Virus record (IMG/VR): IMGVR_UViG_3300034682_000426
Coordinates: 1-45,452 of that record
Direction: 5' to 3' (one strand)
Origin: a virus
Lineage: Duplodnaviria > Caudoviricetes
DNA length: 45,452 bases
This document shows positions 26,938 through 36,140 of this stretch, piece by piece; the stretch's first letter is position 1, and each line of letters opens with the position of its first letter. The notes below the pieces were generated by a model, which worked only from the letters and a program-made list of their open reading frames with translations, ran no database searches and was not told where the DNA came from. The translations under genes and the position numbers were made by a program.

Positions 26938-27561
26938 TTAAGCAGCCTGGAGTTGATTTTCTTTCTCCATTTCACGCTGTAATGCATAAAAGAGTTCTGA
27001 TTCAAAAACCTTCTCACACCACACGACCCGGCGGCGGCACTGTTGCACATCCACACCAGTAACTTTGCTCATTGCCTGTGCGATATGTTGAGTGCAGTTG
27101 CGCTCACAATAACGTTTAATCGCATAATCGCGGACTGGGCTTTCCCGGTGAAACAGCTTAACCATCACTTTTTCTACGAACGCGGCATCATCTGATTCTT
27201 TGGCGAGAGCGATGATGTTGCTGGCTGATGACTGAGGGATAACCAGTTCGCGAGCTTTTTTATAAAGCGCCTCACCTCTTAGCGCCCCTCCCTCATCGCT
27301 ATAGAGCCAGTTGACCATCCTCTCGATGTGTCCGCCCATATCTGGGCTCCATTGACTGCGGATCATCAGTCGACCAATGACGTTAATGGCACCGGCAGGA
27401 GAATCATCCCCACGGTTAATGCGGCCCCATACAGTCAGCATGTACTGCACCCATGCCCGTTGCTTTGGAGTTATGGTCTTTTTGGGATGCTTCCAGACAC
27501 GGCGGAAGTGAGCGTCATCGACAAAGTTGACCATGGAGTAAATTGGTGTGAGCTTTCTCAT
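26938..27561 (-). CDS. Q: Late antiterminator Q
   Basis: Last gene before the late promoter and lysis cassette; C-terminal CRRRVVWC HTH region. Confidence 0.8.
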   Translation of the reverse strand: MRKLTPIYSMVNFVDDAHFRRVWKHPKKTITPKQRAWVQYMLTVWGRINRGDDSPAGAINVIGRLMIRSQWSPDMGGHIERMVNWLYSDEGGALRGEALYKKARELVIPQSSASNIIALAKESDDAAFVEKVMVKLFHRESPVRDYAIKRYCERNCTQHIAQAMSKVTGVDVQQCRRRVVWCEKVFESELFYALQREMEKENQLQAA

Positions 27562-27668
27562 GCTGCTTCCTTCTGAGGTTGTTTGGTCTGGCTGTGCTTT
27601 GCTACTGGCTGCATCTTGGCGCGCATGACGCTTTCGGCCTGGTATCGGGCTATCTGGTCGCGGGTCAT
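27558..27668 (-). CDS. Small nin-region protein (36 aa)
   Basis: [14 protein letters not shown]...KEAA; ATGA overlaps on both sides. Confidence 0.6.
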   Translation of the reverse strand: MTRDQIARYQAESVMRAKMQPVAKHSQTKQPQKEAA

Positions 27669-28027
27669 GCTGGCTCCAGTTCGGTGATGGTTAACTCCAG
27701 CTTGCCGCCTTTAAAGATCGGCATCCGTTTGACCCGGTAATCGTCTACCTGCTGGTCGTCCTGCCAGAACCCGGCTTTGGTGAGCGCGTCGAATGCAGCC
27801 TTCTGCAGGTTGTCCAGGTCCCGACGGCGGCGGTCAGGCATGTGGCATTCGATGCGGATCTTTACCGGCGCGGTGATGCCGATATCCAGCATCTCGTCTT
27901 TGATTATTTGGGCTACGCGATCACGGTAGGCCTGCCCGTCCGTACTGATGTGAGTGCGCCCACGATTATGGCGGTAATAGCGGTTGCTGCTCGGCGGCCA
28001 CGGCAGGCTGATTCGATATTCGCTCAT
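27665..28027 (-). CDS. rusA: Holliday junction resolvase RusA
   Basis: [13 protein letters not shown] and [19 protein letters not shown] motifs. Confidence 0.95.
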   Translation of the reverse strand: MSEYRISLPWPPSSNRYYRHNRGRTHISTDGQAYRDRVAQIIKDEMLDIGITAPVKIRIECHMPDRRRRDLDNLQKAAFDALTKAGFWQDDQQVDDYRVKRMPIFKGGKLELTITELEPA

Positions 28028-28314
28028 GCTTTTACTTTCCCCTCTTTCAGCCAGATGACCTGTGTGCGGGCCATACCTTCCAGCGCACACTCCTTTGCAT
28101 AATCCGCATCTACCAGATGGGTGCGGCGGTCTATTTCGTCGTGGCAGCTGCTGCAGGCGATGGTGGCGATCAGGTCAGGTGGCTTAATGCCGGTACCGCA
28201 CAGACCAACCAGGCGGATATGCGCCAGAACGGACGTTTCAGGATTGCCATTGCATACGCCGGGGATCCGAACCTGACATTCACGACCACGAGCCGCTTTG
28301 CGTAAATCAGCCAT
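28024..28314 (-). CDS. ybcO: YbcO/DUF1364 family protein
   Basis: [32 protein letters not shown]. Confidence 0.9.
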   Translation of the reverse strand: MADLRKAARGRECQVRIPGVCNGNPETSVLAHIRLVGLCGTGIKPPDLIATIACSSCHDEIDRRTHLVDADYAKECALEGMARTQVIWLKEGKVKA

Positions 28315-28477
28315 GTGACCTCCGTGCTTTCAGACGATCCCATTTCACCTGGGTCAGGCGGGCCGTATAGCCGAGCAGTGATGGGATTTCGGATGGCTTG
28401 AGTTCCGGCTTGCGCTTGCGGCGCGTCCGAACCCGGTAGATTTCGTTGGTGATGATGCGAGCGAGAGGGCTAGCCAT
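28307..28477 (-). CDS. ninE: NinE-like protein (56 aa)
   Basis: MASPLARIITNEIY...KPSEIPSL...WDRLKARR; follows ninB. Confidence 0.7.
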   Translation of the reverse strand: MASPLARIITNEIYRVRTRRKRKPELKPSEIPSLLGYTARLTQVKWDRLKARRSHG

Positions 28478-28911
28478 TACGCAACCCTCCCGAAGTAATC
28501 ACCTGAGTAGCGAACCTCACGGAGCTGCACGCCGTTCTGCACAGCAAATGCCTGGCTGTATTCGATGAGGCTGGTCATACGGCGAATGCCCATCTTCGCG
28601 GTGCTTTCCCGGATGGCGCAGAACTCCCCTTCCAGACCCGGTACAACTTCGCCCGGCTTGCCAGTTGCAATGGCATGACCTGAGACGTACAGGACTTTCC
28701 AGGATGCGAGGTCGCGCGACTTGCCAGCCCATTGCAATTGCTTCGCTGTATCGCCGCAGAGAGCGTGGAACAGGTCATTTTGGGCGAGAGTACGCGGCGC
28801 ATCAGAAAAGCTCACCACGAGAGGGAAATCCGCGTTAATGGGCTGCTTGTTGATATAGTCGATGAGGTTGCGACGAACACGGTCATCGCGGAGGTAGAAT
28901 TTGGTGCTCAT
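28477..28911 (-). CDS. ninB: NinB recombination protein
   Basis: RTLAQNDLFHA and VVPGLEGEF...RESTAKM motifs. Confidence 0.9.
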   Translation of the reverse strand: MSTKFYLRDDRVRRNLIDYINKQPINADFPLVVSFSDAPRTLAQNDLFHALCGDTAKQLQWAGKSRDLASWKVLYVSGHAIATGKPGEVVPGLEGEFCAIRESTAKMGIRRMTSLIEYSQAFAVQNGVQLREVRYSGDYFGRVA

Positions 28912-29003
28912 ACGCCACCCCCGAGAGGTAACGCAGAATGCAGAAAATCGCCGGTGCATTTCTGCATCGGTGACAGGTGAAGATGTTCAGATTGTGGTCG
29001 CAT
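28908..29003 (-). CDS. 31-aa leader ORF coupled to ninB
   Basis: MRPQSEHLHLSPMQKCTGDFLHSALPLGGGV; ATGA overlap with ninB. Confidence 0.55.
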   Translation of the reverse strand: MRPQSEHLHLSPMQKCTGDFLHSALPLGGGV

Positions 29004-29092
29004 ATAACGTCCCCATTATATGCGCAGGGGTACCGCCGGGCGTTCAACTCCGGCGGCACAGTGATTATACCACTAGTTTTGAGAAATGATTA

Positions 29093-29749
29093 TCAACTTT
29101 CAGCGGTTTGCTTCGGGGGTTCTTGAAGTGGCATCCAGTGGGTTACGCGACCGCCATTTTCACTTTCAACCCACCACCGATCGCCATTCCATGAACAGTT
29201 CCACTGGTAGTGAGATTTGCCCAGGCAGTTCTGCTCTTCGACGTAGCACCAGTAGCGTCCAATTTCTTCCGGCATCCGCTCACTGCACGGAATCCACCCC
29301 TGCGTAGGCTCGGCAAACTCAAGCACCTCTCGCACCGCTTCAAACGCCGGAGTGACATACTCGACATCCTCCTCACATACGGCATCCAATGCGTTTAGCG
29401 TATCGCCCATGAACGACATGGCCTGTAGAGCTTTTTCCAGGGCATCGATAACATTGTCCGGCAACGTGTAAGGCTGGCTTACAGGTTCGGCACCCTGAAG
29501 CATGGCGGCGCGGCAGCCCTTAGCCAGAACCTGTATTTCCCAGCGGTTAGCTTTACCCGTCCGCAATATCTCCGGTATGCGCTTGGCTATATCATCCGGC
29601 ACCGCTGGCTGCGGTAACTGTGGTGCTGCATTGGTGAGCAAAGACATCAAATTGCAGATGGTGTCCTCGCTGATTTCAAACATGCCACTGGCGTTCTGCG
29701 TCGAGGCTTTCAGCTCTTCGATAATGCGCTCCTTCGTAAATTCAGCCAT
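29093..29749 (-). CDS. Mosaic EaA-like protein with C-terminal DUF551 domain
   Basis: CRAAMLQGAEPVS, WIPCSERMP and VTHWMPL motifs. Confidence 0.8.
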   Translation of the reverse strand: MAEFTKERIIEELKASTQNASGMFEISEDTICNLMSLLTNAAPQLPQPAVPDDIAKRIPEILRTGKANRWEIQVLAKGCRAAMLQGAEPVSQPYTLPDNVIDALEKALQAMSFMGDTLNALDAVCEEDVEYVTPAFEAVREVLEFAEPTQGWIPCSERMPEEIGRYWCYVEEQNCLGKSHYQWNCSWNGDRWWVESENGGRVTHWMPLQEPPKQTAES

Positions 29750-29753
29750 ACCC

Positions 29754-30005
29754 CTACTCCCCCACCTTAGTGATGATTCCAGCGGCTTCCAGTTCTGCGA
29801 TCTGCTTCTCTGCATCTGCCGCCAAAGCCAGTTGCTTCTCCGCAACCGCCTGCCACGCTGATGATTCCTGTTGCCACTTATCCAGCTCATCCAGAAGCGC
29901 CAGCACGTCGCGAGTTTCCACGAACATATTCGGGTCGAAGTTATCTACCGCTTTCGCTGCGGCTAATTTCAATTTTTCGCGAGCCTGTTTGTCGATGTTG
30001 CTCAT
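29754..30005 (-). CDS. Ead/Ea22-like protein
   Basis: MSNIDKQA start and VLALLDELD motif. Confidence 0.75.
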   Translation of the reverse strand: MSNIDKQAREKLKLAAAKAVDNFDPNMFVETRDVLALLDELDKWQQESSAWQAVAEKQLALAADAEKQIAELEAAGIITKVGE

Positions 30006-30205
30006 TGGGCTGCTCCCTGCTTCTGCTTGTTGTATACGGCCCAGCTCAGAGCATCGAGCTTGTTGCGGCCTACCTTGTCGTACATGTGGATGCCGTCTTT
30101 GCAGGCGTGTTCGAGCTTCACCTGCTCCTCAAGCTCGTTGAGCTGCTCGAATGACAGGGTTGCCAGTTTCAGGCGATTCCAGCCGAAGTTGCGGATGCGA
30201 GTCAT
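30002..30205 (-). CDS. Hypothetical phage protein
   Basis: 67 aa, ATGA-coupled in the PR operon. Confidence 0.7.
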   Translation of the reverse strand: MTRIRNFGWNRLKLATLSFEQLNELEEQVKLEHACKDGIHMYDKVGRNKLDALSWAVYNKQKQGAAQ

Positions 30206-30606
30206 TGGGCGGCCTCCTGGCGAAGTTGGGTGGCGAAGGTAAGTGCGCCTCTTTCGGTGCAGCTAATGTCCAATTCTGTGAGGAGTGCAGCAAACATCTC
30301 CACACCCTGCGCCCGCACTTCAGCCAGGAAGGCTTTGTATGCCGGAATCTGCATAACGGCTAAAGAACGGATGATTTTCTGCACTTCCGGAGGGCATTGC
30401 TCGTAGTGGCCATCGGTGATAAACACCGCATCGTTGCGAATGGCTTCGACCACGTTCAATTCAGCGGCCAGCGCCGCGCACTTGGCCTCAAGAGCGGACA
30501 CCACTTCCTGATGGTCTCTGTATTTAACGTATGAGCCAGAGATTTCATCGCCCTCGGTGTTTAGCCATGCGTCATTGCAATTCACTGCGTAGGTTCTGAT
30601 GCTCAT
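30202..30606 (-). CDS. Hypothetical phage protein (Eae-like)
   Basis: LEAKCAALAAE and AFLAEVRAQGVEMFA motifs. Confidence 0.75.
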   Translation of the reverse strand: MSIRTYAVNCNDAWLNTEGDEISGSYVKYRDHQEVVSALEAKCAALAAELNVVEAIRNDAVFITDGHYEQCPPEVQKIIRSLAVMQIPAYKAFLAEVRAQGVEMFAALLTELDISCTERGALTFATQLRQEAAQ

Positions 30607-31070
30607 GCTGATGCTCTCCCGCCCCTGACAGAAGCCAGGCACTGATTGAATAGGTTGTTAAGAGGGTTGGCCATGCCAAAGATGTACGGTGCACTCTTGC
30701 TGTAGTGCCACACTTTCGCTCGGCCCAGCCATTGCCGGTGCACCGCCCTCTGCTTGCTTAGTGATGCAAGAATCTGCGAGGTGACTTGCACCTCAAGACC
30801 TGTCGCGGCTGCAATATCCGATGAAGCTCCTTCGTTTCCAGCCTCCAGATAGTCCAGAACCGCTTTACGCCGGTTTGCATGAAGCTCGGTCAACCGATAA
30901 CGCTTGATGCCGTTATGGGCGCTGTAGATTTCAAGTTGGCCTGATTCTGTGAGTTCCCGGAGGAGTTGGGTAATGCGGGATTTTGGTGCGCCGGTTAAAG
31001 TGTGGAATTCTCTGGATGATGTCGGTTTGTTGGTTTCAAGGTGGTGAAGTATTTTTTCTCGGGTGTTCAT
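30603..31070 (-). CDS. Tandem winged-HTH protein
   Basis: Two HTH-like repeats and a FGMANPLNNLFNQCL terminus. Confidence 0.7.
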   Translation of the reverse strand: MNTREKILHHLETNKPTSSREFHTLTGAPKSRITQLLRELTESGQLEIYSAHNGIKRYRLTELHANRRKAVLDYLEAGNEGASSDIAAATGLEVQVTSQILASLSKQRAVHRQWLGRAKVWHYSKSAPYIFGMANPLNNLFNQCLASVRGGRASA

Positions 31071-32953
31071 GTACCTTGCCTCACGTTATCGCTGGCCCAG
31101 ACCTCGTTGTATTCAGAGACCGGCATGTTGGCGATGTAGTTGAATGGGGATGCTGTTTCGGTGGGTAAAAACTGGTGTGAGTTGGCATCGAGGTAAAGCG
31201 GTATGCCTCCCTCCCATCCCTCTCCGTTACGCTGCTTCTCAAGCATCAGGACAGATGCAGGAGCGGCCAGCGCCTTGCGTTCCTTGTCGTCCAGTTCCTC
31301 ACCCTGCTGGTCTTTCTGAATGGCCTTCTCACGAACCTTGTTGCGCCAGATGATGAACAGGTTATCGGTGAGGTCGGTGATCGAACCTGAACCCTTAACA
31401 TCCATCTTGCCGGTAGGCTTCTCCTCGCTGTCTCCCTTGCGGCTATGAGTGACGAGCAGGACGTGAGTATTGGTTTTGTTCTTGAAGTCACATAGCGCAT
31501 CTACGAAGGCTTTCTGGCCGTTGTAATCGTCATCCCCTATTCCGCATTTCATCAGGCTGTCGATGATGAACAGCTCGATGCCGTAGCGCTTCCAGGCGTA
31601 GGTGAAGATTTCAATCAACCGATCAGCTTTGGCGGTTCCCGTCAGGCCGAATAGCCATAGCCGGTCATCGTAAAACTTGAAGGCCGATTCGATTTCAAGC
31701 TGCGGCGGCAGTTTCAGGCAGGTTGACTGCCGGGTCAGACGTTTCAGCAGGATGCCGGGCTTAATTTCCAGTGAAGCGACGCAGGTCTTAACCCCCTGGC
31801 GCATGGCTTCCAGTGCCATATGCCCCACCACCTCGGTCTTGCCGTGGCCGTTGACACCGTTGACCAGCGTCAGCTCGGCCTGACGGAATGCGAAGTTGTG
31901 ATTCAGGCATTCCCACGGGCTGTAGAACAGGCTTTGCTCTTTGCCGTAGAAGGCGTTGATGGTGTCCTGATAAAACTCCCTGGCGCTGTAAAGCTCCTCA
32001 GGGTCGAAAAATGATGCCCGTTCCAGATATCCCACGATGTCATCGGAAGAGATGCCAGCCATCAGGCATTCGTTGATGTCTTTGTGAGGGAGTTTTACCA
32101 GGCGGCAGCGGTGTTCACCCAGGCGGGTTGCAATTTCTCTGGCGGCCGTCTGGCCTACTTCATCACTGTCCATGCTGATCCAGATCTCGTCGAACCGGTC
32201 CAGATTGTGATACTCGAACTCAATCCACTGCTGCTTGGCCCCCTTCCCCCCACCGAACGGCACGGACAGTGCCGGGAACCCGTACTCGTAGTAACTCATG
32301 CAGTCGATTTCACCTTCGCAGAGGATGACGATCCGCATGTTCTTTGGGATAGCCTGCCAGCCATACAGACACGGCTCACAGTCGCCCTCAGCCATGATGA
32401 CCTTCTTCCCGTCAGGCCGTTCAGTGCTGATGCGCTTGACCTGCAACAACTCACCGTCCCGCTTGTAGGGGAATGCCAGCGCGTCCAGCTCTCGCTCTCC
32501 GTTCCAGACCTTCGCCGCGGCAACCTCGTACAGCTTCGCCGTCTCTGCGGAGATCCCACGAGTGGCAAGATATTCGATGTGCTTTTCGGTTTTGGTGAGG
32601 TAACGGGAGATTTTCTTGCGATCTGGCCGGGAGAACTTCTTTTGCTGCTTTGCTGCGAAGTGGTGATCGTCGTCCTTGATGCCCAGAAACTCTTTGGCTT
32701 CGGTCATCGCCTGATGTAACCCGCAATCCCTGACGGCTACCCAGAGGTCGAGAAGATCGCCAGCGGTTCCCTCTGCAAAATCAGACCAGACTTTCTTCCC
32801 TGCCAGATTAACCTTGAGGCTCTTCCCTGACTCCCCGTTGATACTGCCGGCCACCCATTCGTGGCTTTCTCGCTTCCCATTAGGCAGCAGGTATTTCGCT
32901 ACCCTTTCGACCTGATTCCATAGCAGGTCACTCAATTCACTCGGCGTCATCAT
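31067..32953 (-). CDS. Fused primase-helicase (TOPRIM plus SF4 helicase, T7 gp4/Twinkle-like)
   Basis: ILCEGEIDCMS, MDSDEVG and KDINE TOPRIM motifs; GVNGHGKT Walker A, FIIDSLM, VKGSGSITDLTD, KQR. Confidence 0.9.
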   Translation of the reverse strand: MMTPSELSDLLWNQVERVAKYLLPNGKRESHEWVAGSINGESGKSLKVNLAGKKVWSDFAEGTAGDLLDLWVAVRDCGLHQAMTEAKEFLGIKDDDHHFAAKQQKKFSRPDRKKISRYLTKTEKHIEYLATRGISAETAKLYEVAAAKVWNGERELDALAFPYKRDGELLQVKRISTERPDGKKVIMAEGDCEPCLYGWQAIPKNMRIVILCEGEIDCMSYYEYGFPALSVPFGGGKGAKQQWIEFEYHNLDRFDEIWISMDSDEVGQTAAREIATRLGEHRCRLVKLPHKDINECLMAGISSDDIVGYLERASFFDPEELYSAREFYQDTINAFYGKEQSLFYSPWECLNHNFAFRQAELTLVNGVNGHGKTEVVGHMALEAMRQGVKTCVASLEIKPGILLKRLTRQSTCLKLPPQLEIESAFKFYDDRLWLFGLTGTAKADRLIEIFTYAWKRYGIELFIIDSLMKCGIGDDDYNGQKAFVDALCDFKNKTNTHVLLVTHSRKGDSEEKPTGKMDVKGSGSITDLTDNLFIIWRNKVREKAIQKDQQGEELDDKERKALAAPASVLMLEKQRNGEGWEGGIPLYLDANSHQFLPTETASPFNYIANMPVSEYNEVWASDNVRQGT

Positions 32954-33057
32954 GATGCCCTCAAATCAAACTTATTGAACCAGTACCGGACAAACCCATC
33001 GCTCAGTAAGCCGTGGTTGTAACCGGCAATCAGCAATGCCTTGAACCGTGATTTCAT
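32950..33057 (-). CDS. 35-aa hypothetical protein
   Basis: GAGG RBS; MKSRFKALLIAGYNHG...; ATGA overlap with the primase-helicase. Confidence 0.6.
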   Translation of the reverse strand: MKSRFKALLIAGYNHGLLSDGFVRYWFNKFDLRAS

Positions 33058-33064
33058 CGTCACC

Positions 33065-33928
33065 TCAGAAGAAAACGTATCCGCTATTGCTGACGGTCAC
33101 GGCTGGCTTCTGGCCGGATGATTCTGGTCCTGCAGCTGGCTTCTGGTCATTCCATCGCTGCCCATTTAGGTAACTGGATGGAAGCAGGCGATCAAAACCG
33201 AACTGTTTTCCTAGCCGACACGCGATATCTTCTGCCAGCATGGAAGCGAATTGCTCTGCCGTACCTTTGGTGGCGGCTCGCCATTCCTTGAACTGAGTTC
33301 TGAATGCTGAGGCTGCATTTTTCTTGCCGTCTTTCCGCATTCCTGCAATCCAGAAAATCTTCTCGAATGCCTCGTCGGTTGCCTGATGTTTGTTTGAAGG
33401 CTGAGATGGTTTTTCGTCTTCCGCTCGAACTTGTTCGGGCAGAGTGTTTTTACTTTCTTTCTTTTCTTTTGTAATAGTTTCTTTTGTGTGACCCTGTTTT
33501 GGTGACAGGCTAGTCACCGTTTTGGTGACATCTTTTGTCACCAATGCAGTGACATTATCACCAGAGTAGTGACACCCTTCGATTTCCCATTCTGAAATGT
33601 TCTTGTTTGGCCCTATGTGATTGCCTTCTCGAAGGATTACCTTCATGGCTATCAGCTCGTTTTTGGCCTTGTTAACCTTCTGTCTTGGCAGCCGGGTAAG
33701 TTGAGCTAACTGGCTGTCAGATATGCGATCCAGTTTCTTGCCGAAGCCATATGTTTTACGGCAAATGGCATGAGCAACCTTGCTCTGGTTCTTCGTTAAA
33801 TCTGCGCCGATAAGCTCGTCATACAGGGCATTTGCAAGACGGGTATATCCATCTTCAAGTTCTGCCACGCGACGCTCCACGACCGCCAGAGACGGCCTGA
33901 TTGGTGTTACTGTTGCAGGGCTACTCAT
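33065..33928 (-). CDS. O: Replication initiator O (lambda O/P22 gp18-like)
   Basis: VAELEDGYTRLANAL and RKTYGFGKK motifs; internal iterons. Confidence 0.9.
   Translation of the reverse strand: MSSPATVTPIRPSLAVVERRVAELEDGYTRLANALYDELIGADLTKNQSKVAHAICRKTYGFGKKLDRISDSQLAQLTRLPRQKVNKAKNELIAMKVILREGNHIGPNKNISEWEIEGCHYSGDNVTALVTKDVTKTVTSLSPKQGHTKETITKEKKESKNTLPEQVRAEDEKPSQPSNKHQATDEAFEKIFWIAGMRKDGKKNAASAFRTQFKEWRAATKGTAEQFASMLAEDIACRLGKQFGFDRLLPSSYLNGQRWNDQKPAAGPESSGQKPAVTVSNSGYVFF
33445..33574. repeat. Replication origin: four imperfect palindromic iterons plus AT-rich tract
   Basis: GTGACCCTGTTTTGGTGACA, GTCACCGTTTTGGTGACA, TGTCACCAATGCAGTGACA and TATCACCAGAGTAGTGACA next to a T-rich run at about 33445-33485. 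Confidence 0.8.
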
Positions 33929-34067
33929 GACCGTTCTCCTTTCGCTTAAGTTCTTCGATGATGGCTCTCAGCTTTACGCCAACAGCCGGGTTACAGGATT
34001 TGATGAACCGGTCACGAGCAATATTTTTGTGTACTGCCACCTGGTATGAACGAGGTTTTTTTGGCAT
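33921..34067 (-). CDS. 48-aa protein between cII and O (P22 orf48-like)
   Basis: GGAG RBS, MPKKPRSYQ...; size and position. Confidence 0.65.
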   Translation of the reverse strand: MPKKPRSYQVAVHKNIARDRFIKSCNPAVGVKLRAIIEELKRKENGHE

Positions 34068-34142
34068 AATTGACTCCGTGATTGCTGACGTGATTACACC
34101 TGAGAGCCCTTTCTGTTCCCGCAGAGGGGCTTTCGCTTTTTT
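34062..34142 (+). ncRNA. Candidate OOP-like antisense RNA
   Basis: Extended -10 TGGCATAAT (34062-34070); GC hairpin about 34103-34132 then a T-run; position between cII and O. Confidence 0.5.
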
Positions 34143-34153
34143 GGTAGTACCCA

Positions 34154-34693
34154 TCACATAACTCCCAGCATTGAAGTAACCATTGTCATCAGCGGGCCTA
34201 CCTGTTCCGGCATGAGGCGGAACATGGCTGCTATACCCTCGCTTACCTCTTTCAGCTTCTGATGCTCTGGCGCGTCCAGCATGACGGCCTGCTTCGCTTC
34301 GGATACTTCCTTCTCGGCTTCTGCCAGTCTGACCAGCTTGCAGTCAGCGCCAATTAGCTTTGTGCGGTACTCAATCGGCAGAACAGACATGATTGCCGGT
34401 GTCAGCTGGCGAACGTTCTCGCGGTACTGCTCGGAGTCGAAGCGGTTATCGAGGAAGCGGAACAGCTTCTGGCGCTGGCGGCTTACATCCTCCGGGAAGG
34501 TGATATCCACCCCGCCCTGCTCCCGGTACTCATTGACGATGAGCATCGTCACCACATCCTGACCCTGAGAAGCTGCCCATGAGCGGATCGCATTGCGAAT
34601 AGCCTCGTGGTTATCTTCTTGTTTTTGCTGAGCGCGATTTATCATCACGCCGGGCGAAAATGCGATACTCTGTTGATAAGTAAGTGATTGCAT
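34154..34693 (-). CDS. cII: CII-like regulator (YdaT/phi80-type)
   Basis: After cro and nutR; RQRQKLFRFLD, LTPAIMSVLP and KLKEVSEGI motifs. Confidence 0.75.
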   Translation of the reverse strand: MQSLTYQQSIAFSPGVMINRAQQKQEDNHEAIRNAIRSWAASQGQDVVTMLIVNEYREQGGVDITFPEDVSRQRQKLFRFLDNRFDSEQYRENVRQLTPAIMSVLPIEYRTKLIGADCKLVRLAEAEKEVSEAKQAVMLDAPEHQKLKEVSEGIAAMFRLMPEQVGPLMTMVTSMLGVM

Positions 34694-34773
34694 GTGCAGT
34701 GCCTTAAATTGAAAAAATGACAGATAGGCCATGCGTCAAACACGCAAAGCCGGTTTGATTTTTCGTTTGATGC

Positions 34774-34806
34774 GCCCTTTTCCAGGGCAGAGATGTATTA
34801 AGAGCG
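34774..34806 (-). promoter_or_regulatory. nutR (boxA plus boxB)
   Basis: CGCTCTTAATAC then GCCCTGGAAAAGGGC, lambda-like. Confidence 0.9.
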
Positions 34807-34813
34807 GTGTTGC

Positions 34814-35029
34814 TTAGGCTGCGTGTTGTTCTGGCGGGAACACGTCATCCAGTTTTACGTTGGCGCCAAAGGCATTAAGAGCGGCTACCAGCTTGCGACA
34901 GGTTTTAAGGTCTGGCTGTCTGCGGCCAGACTCGTAATGGCCGATTGCACCCTGCGTGCAGCCAACCAGCTTCGCTAAATCTGTCTGGGATACCTTAGCG
35001 GCTTCCCGTTTAGTCCGAAGATTGCTCAT
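34814..35029 (-). CDS. cro: Cro repressor
   Basis: HTH SQTDLAKLVGCTQGAIGHYESG; divergent from cI. Confidence 0.9.
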   Translation of the reverse strand: MSNLRTKREAAKVSQTDLAKLVGCTQGAIGHYESGRRQPDLKTCRKLVAALNAFGANVKLDDVFPPEQHAA

Positions 35030-35061
35030 CGGGATACCTCCTTGGGTGTTAATTCAGACTA

Positions 35062-35141
35062 ATAATACAAAGTGTACTGAATAAAAGCAAGAGGGGTAAT
35101 ACATTTTGTGTGTTGTCACAGTTAATACACAGCGTAATAAT
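35062..35141. promoter_or_regulatory. OR operators with PR and PRM
   Basis: AATACA-N3-TGTATT-like sites at 35064-78, 35098-112 and 35124-38. PR (minus): TTGCTT-17-TATTAT. PRM (plus): TTGTCA-17-AATAAT, placing +1 at the cI ATG (leaderless). Confidence 0.8.
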
Positions 35142-35147
35142 CGTGGG

Positions 35148-35810
35148 ATGAAAACTCCGTGGAACGAACTGGCAAAAGCCAGAATGAAGCAGGTCGGCAT
35201 AACCCAGGACAAACTGGCGGAGGCGCTTGGGAAAACCCAGGGCGCGATCGGCCATTGGCTTAACGGTCGCCGCGAGCCAAGCATTGAAGATATCGCCGCG
35301 GTAATGAAGCAGTTGGGGTTAAAGGAGCTGATCCTGTCTTCTGACGGAATGGTTGATTATCCGGAAGGGTCGATGGCCAACGTTACCAACCCGCGACCTC
35401 ATGCTGAGGTGAAAAGCTTCCCACTTATAAGTTGGGTTAGCGCCGGGAACTGGTGTGAGGCCGTTGAGCCTTATCGTCTGGAAGAGATTGATGTATGGCC
35501 GGAAACCACCGCCCATGCGGGTGGACACTCCTTCTGGCTAACAGTGCGCGGTGACTCTATGACGGCGCCAACTGGGCTGAGCATTCCAGAAGGTATGCTT
35601 ATCCTGGTTGATCCAGAAGTTGAGCCTACCAGTGGAAGATTGGTCGTCGCGAAGCTGGATTCTGAGAATGAAGCCACTTTCAAGAAGTACATAATCGATG
35701 CCGGTCAAAAGTACCTGAAGCCACTGAACCCCAGCTATCACATGATCCCAGTCAATGGGAATTGCAGAATCATCGGCGTTGTTATCGAAGCAAAGTGGCA
35801 GGGCCTGTAA
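35148..35810 (+). CDS. cI: CI repressor (HTH plus S24 autopeptidase)
   Basis: HTH; VSAG cleavage site; GDSM and ATFKK catalytic motifs. Confidence 0.95.
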   Translation: MKTPWNELAKARMKQVGITQDKLAEALGKTQGAIGHWLNGRREPSIEDIAAVMKQLGLKELILSSDGMVDYPEGSMANVTNPRPHAEVKSFPLISWVSAGNWCEAVEPYRLEEIDVWPETTAHAGGHSFWLTVRGDSMTAPTGLSIPEGMLILVDPEVEPTSGRLVVAKLDSENEATFKKYIIDAGQKYLKPLNPSYHMIPVNGNCRIIGVVIEAKWQGL

Positions 35811-35827
35811 AATCCCCCTCCCCAATC

Positions 35828-35850
35828 AAACCCGCTACGGCGGGTTTTTT
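35828..35850 (+). terminator. Terminator after cI
   Basis: AAACCCGC-TACG-GCGGG followed by T6. Confidence 0.85.
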
Positions 35851-35882
35851 ATTACCTGCGTAAAATAATTTCCCTTCATTTT

Positions 35883-35954
35883 CATACCCTTTGTATTTTT
35901 CTCGGATTTTTAAGTACAATATGTATTGACGTTATTTAGTACATTTTGTATTGT
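35883..35954 (+). promoter_or_regulatory. OL operators and PL promoter
   Basis: Operators at 35883-97, 35913-27 and 35938-52; TTGACG-17-TATTGT; transcript start ATCAGCAGGACGCACT as in lambda PL. Confidence 0.85.
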
Positions 35955-35993
35955 TAACCCATCAGCAGGACGCACTACTCACCAGGACGGTGA

Positions 35994-36121
35994 TGCTCTT
36001 AAAAATCTGGCGCTGAAAAAGCGCAGCATTCAAAGCAGAAAGCTTTGGGGTGTGGTGGGTAGCTACTCCGTGATGGTCGCGGGTTCAACCCGGTCCACGG
36101 TGCCATCACACCACCAAAGCT
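35994..36121 (+). promoter_or_regulatory. nutL (boxA, boxB) and RNase III hairpin of the N leader
   Basis: TGCTCTTAAAAA, GCGCTGAAAAAGCGC and AGCTTTGGGGTGTG...CACACCACCAAAGCT, as in lambda. Confidence 0.9.
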
Positions 36122-36140
36122 AACTGACAGGAGATCCACA

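Noticed and set aside
36079-36093. CGGGTTCAACCCG, resembling a tRNA T-arm
   Set aside because: No acceptor, D or anticodon arms; it lies in the loop of the N-leader RNase III hairpin.
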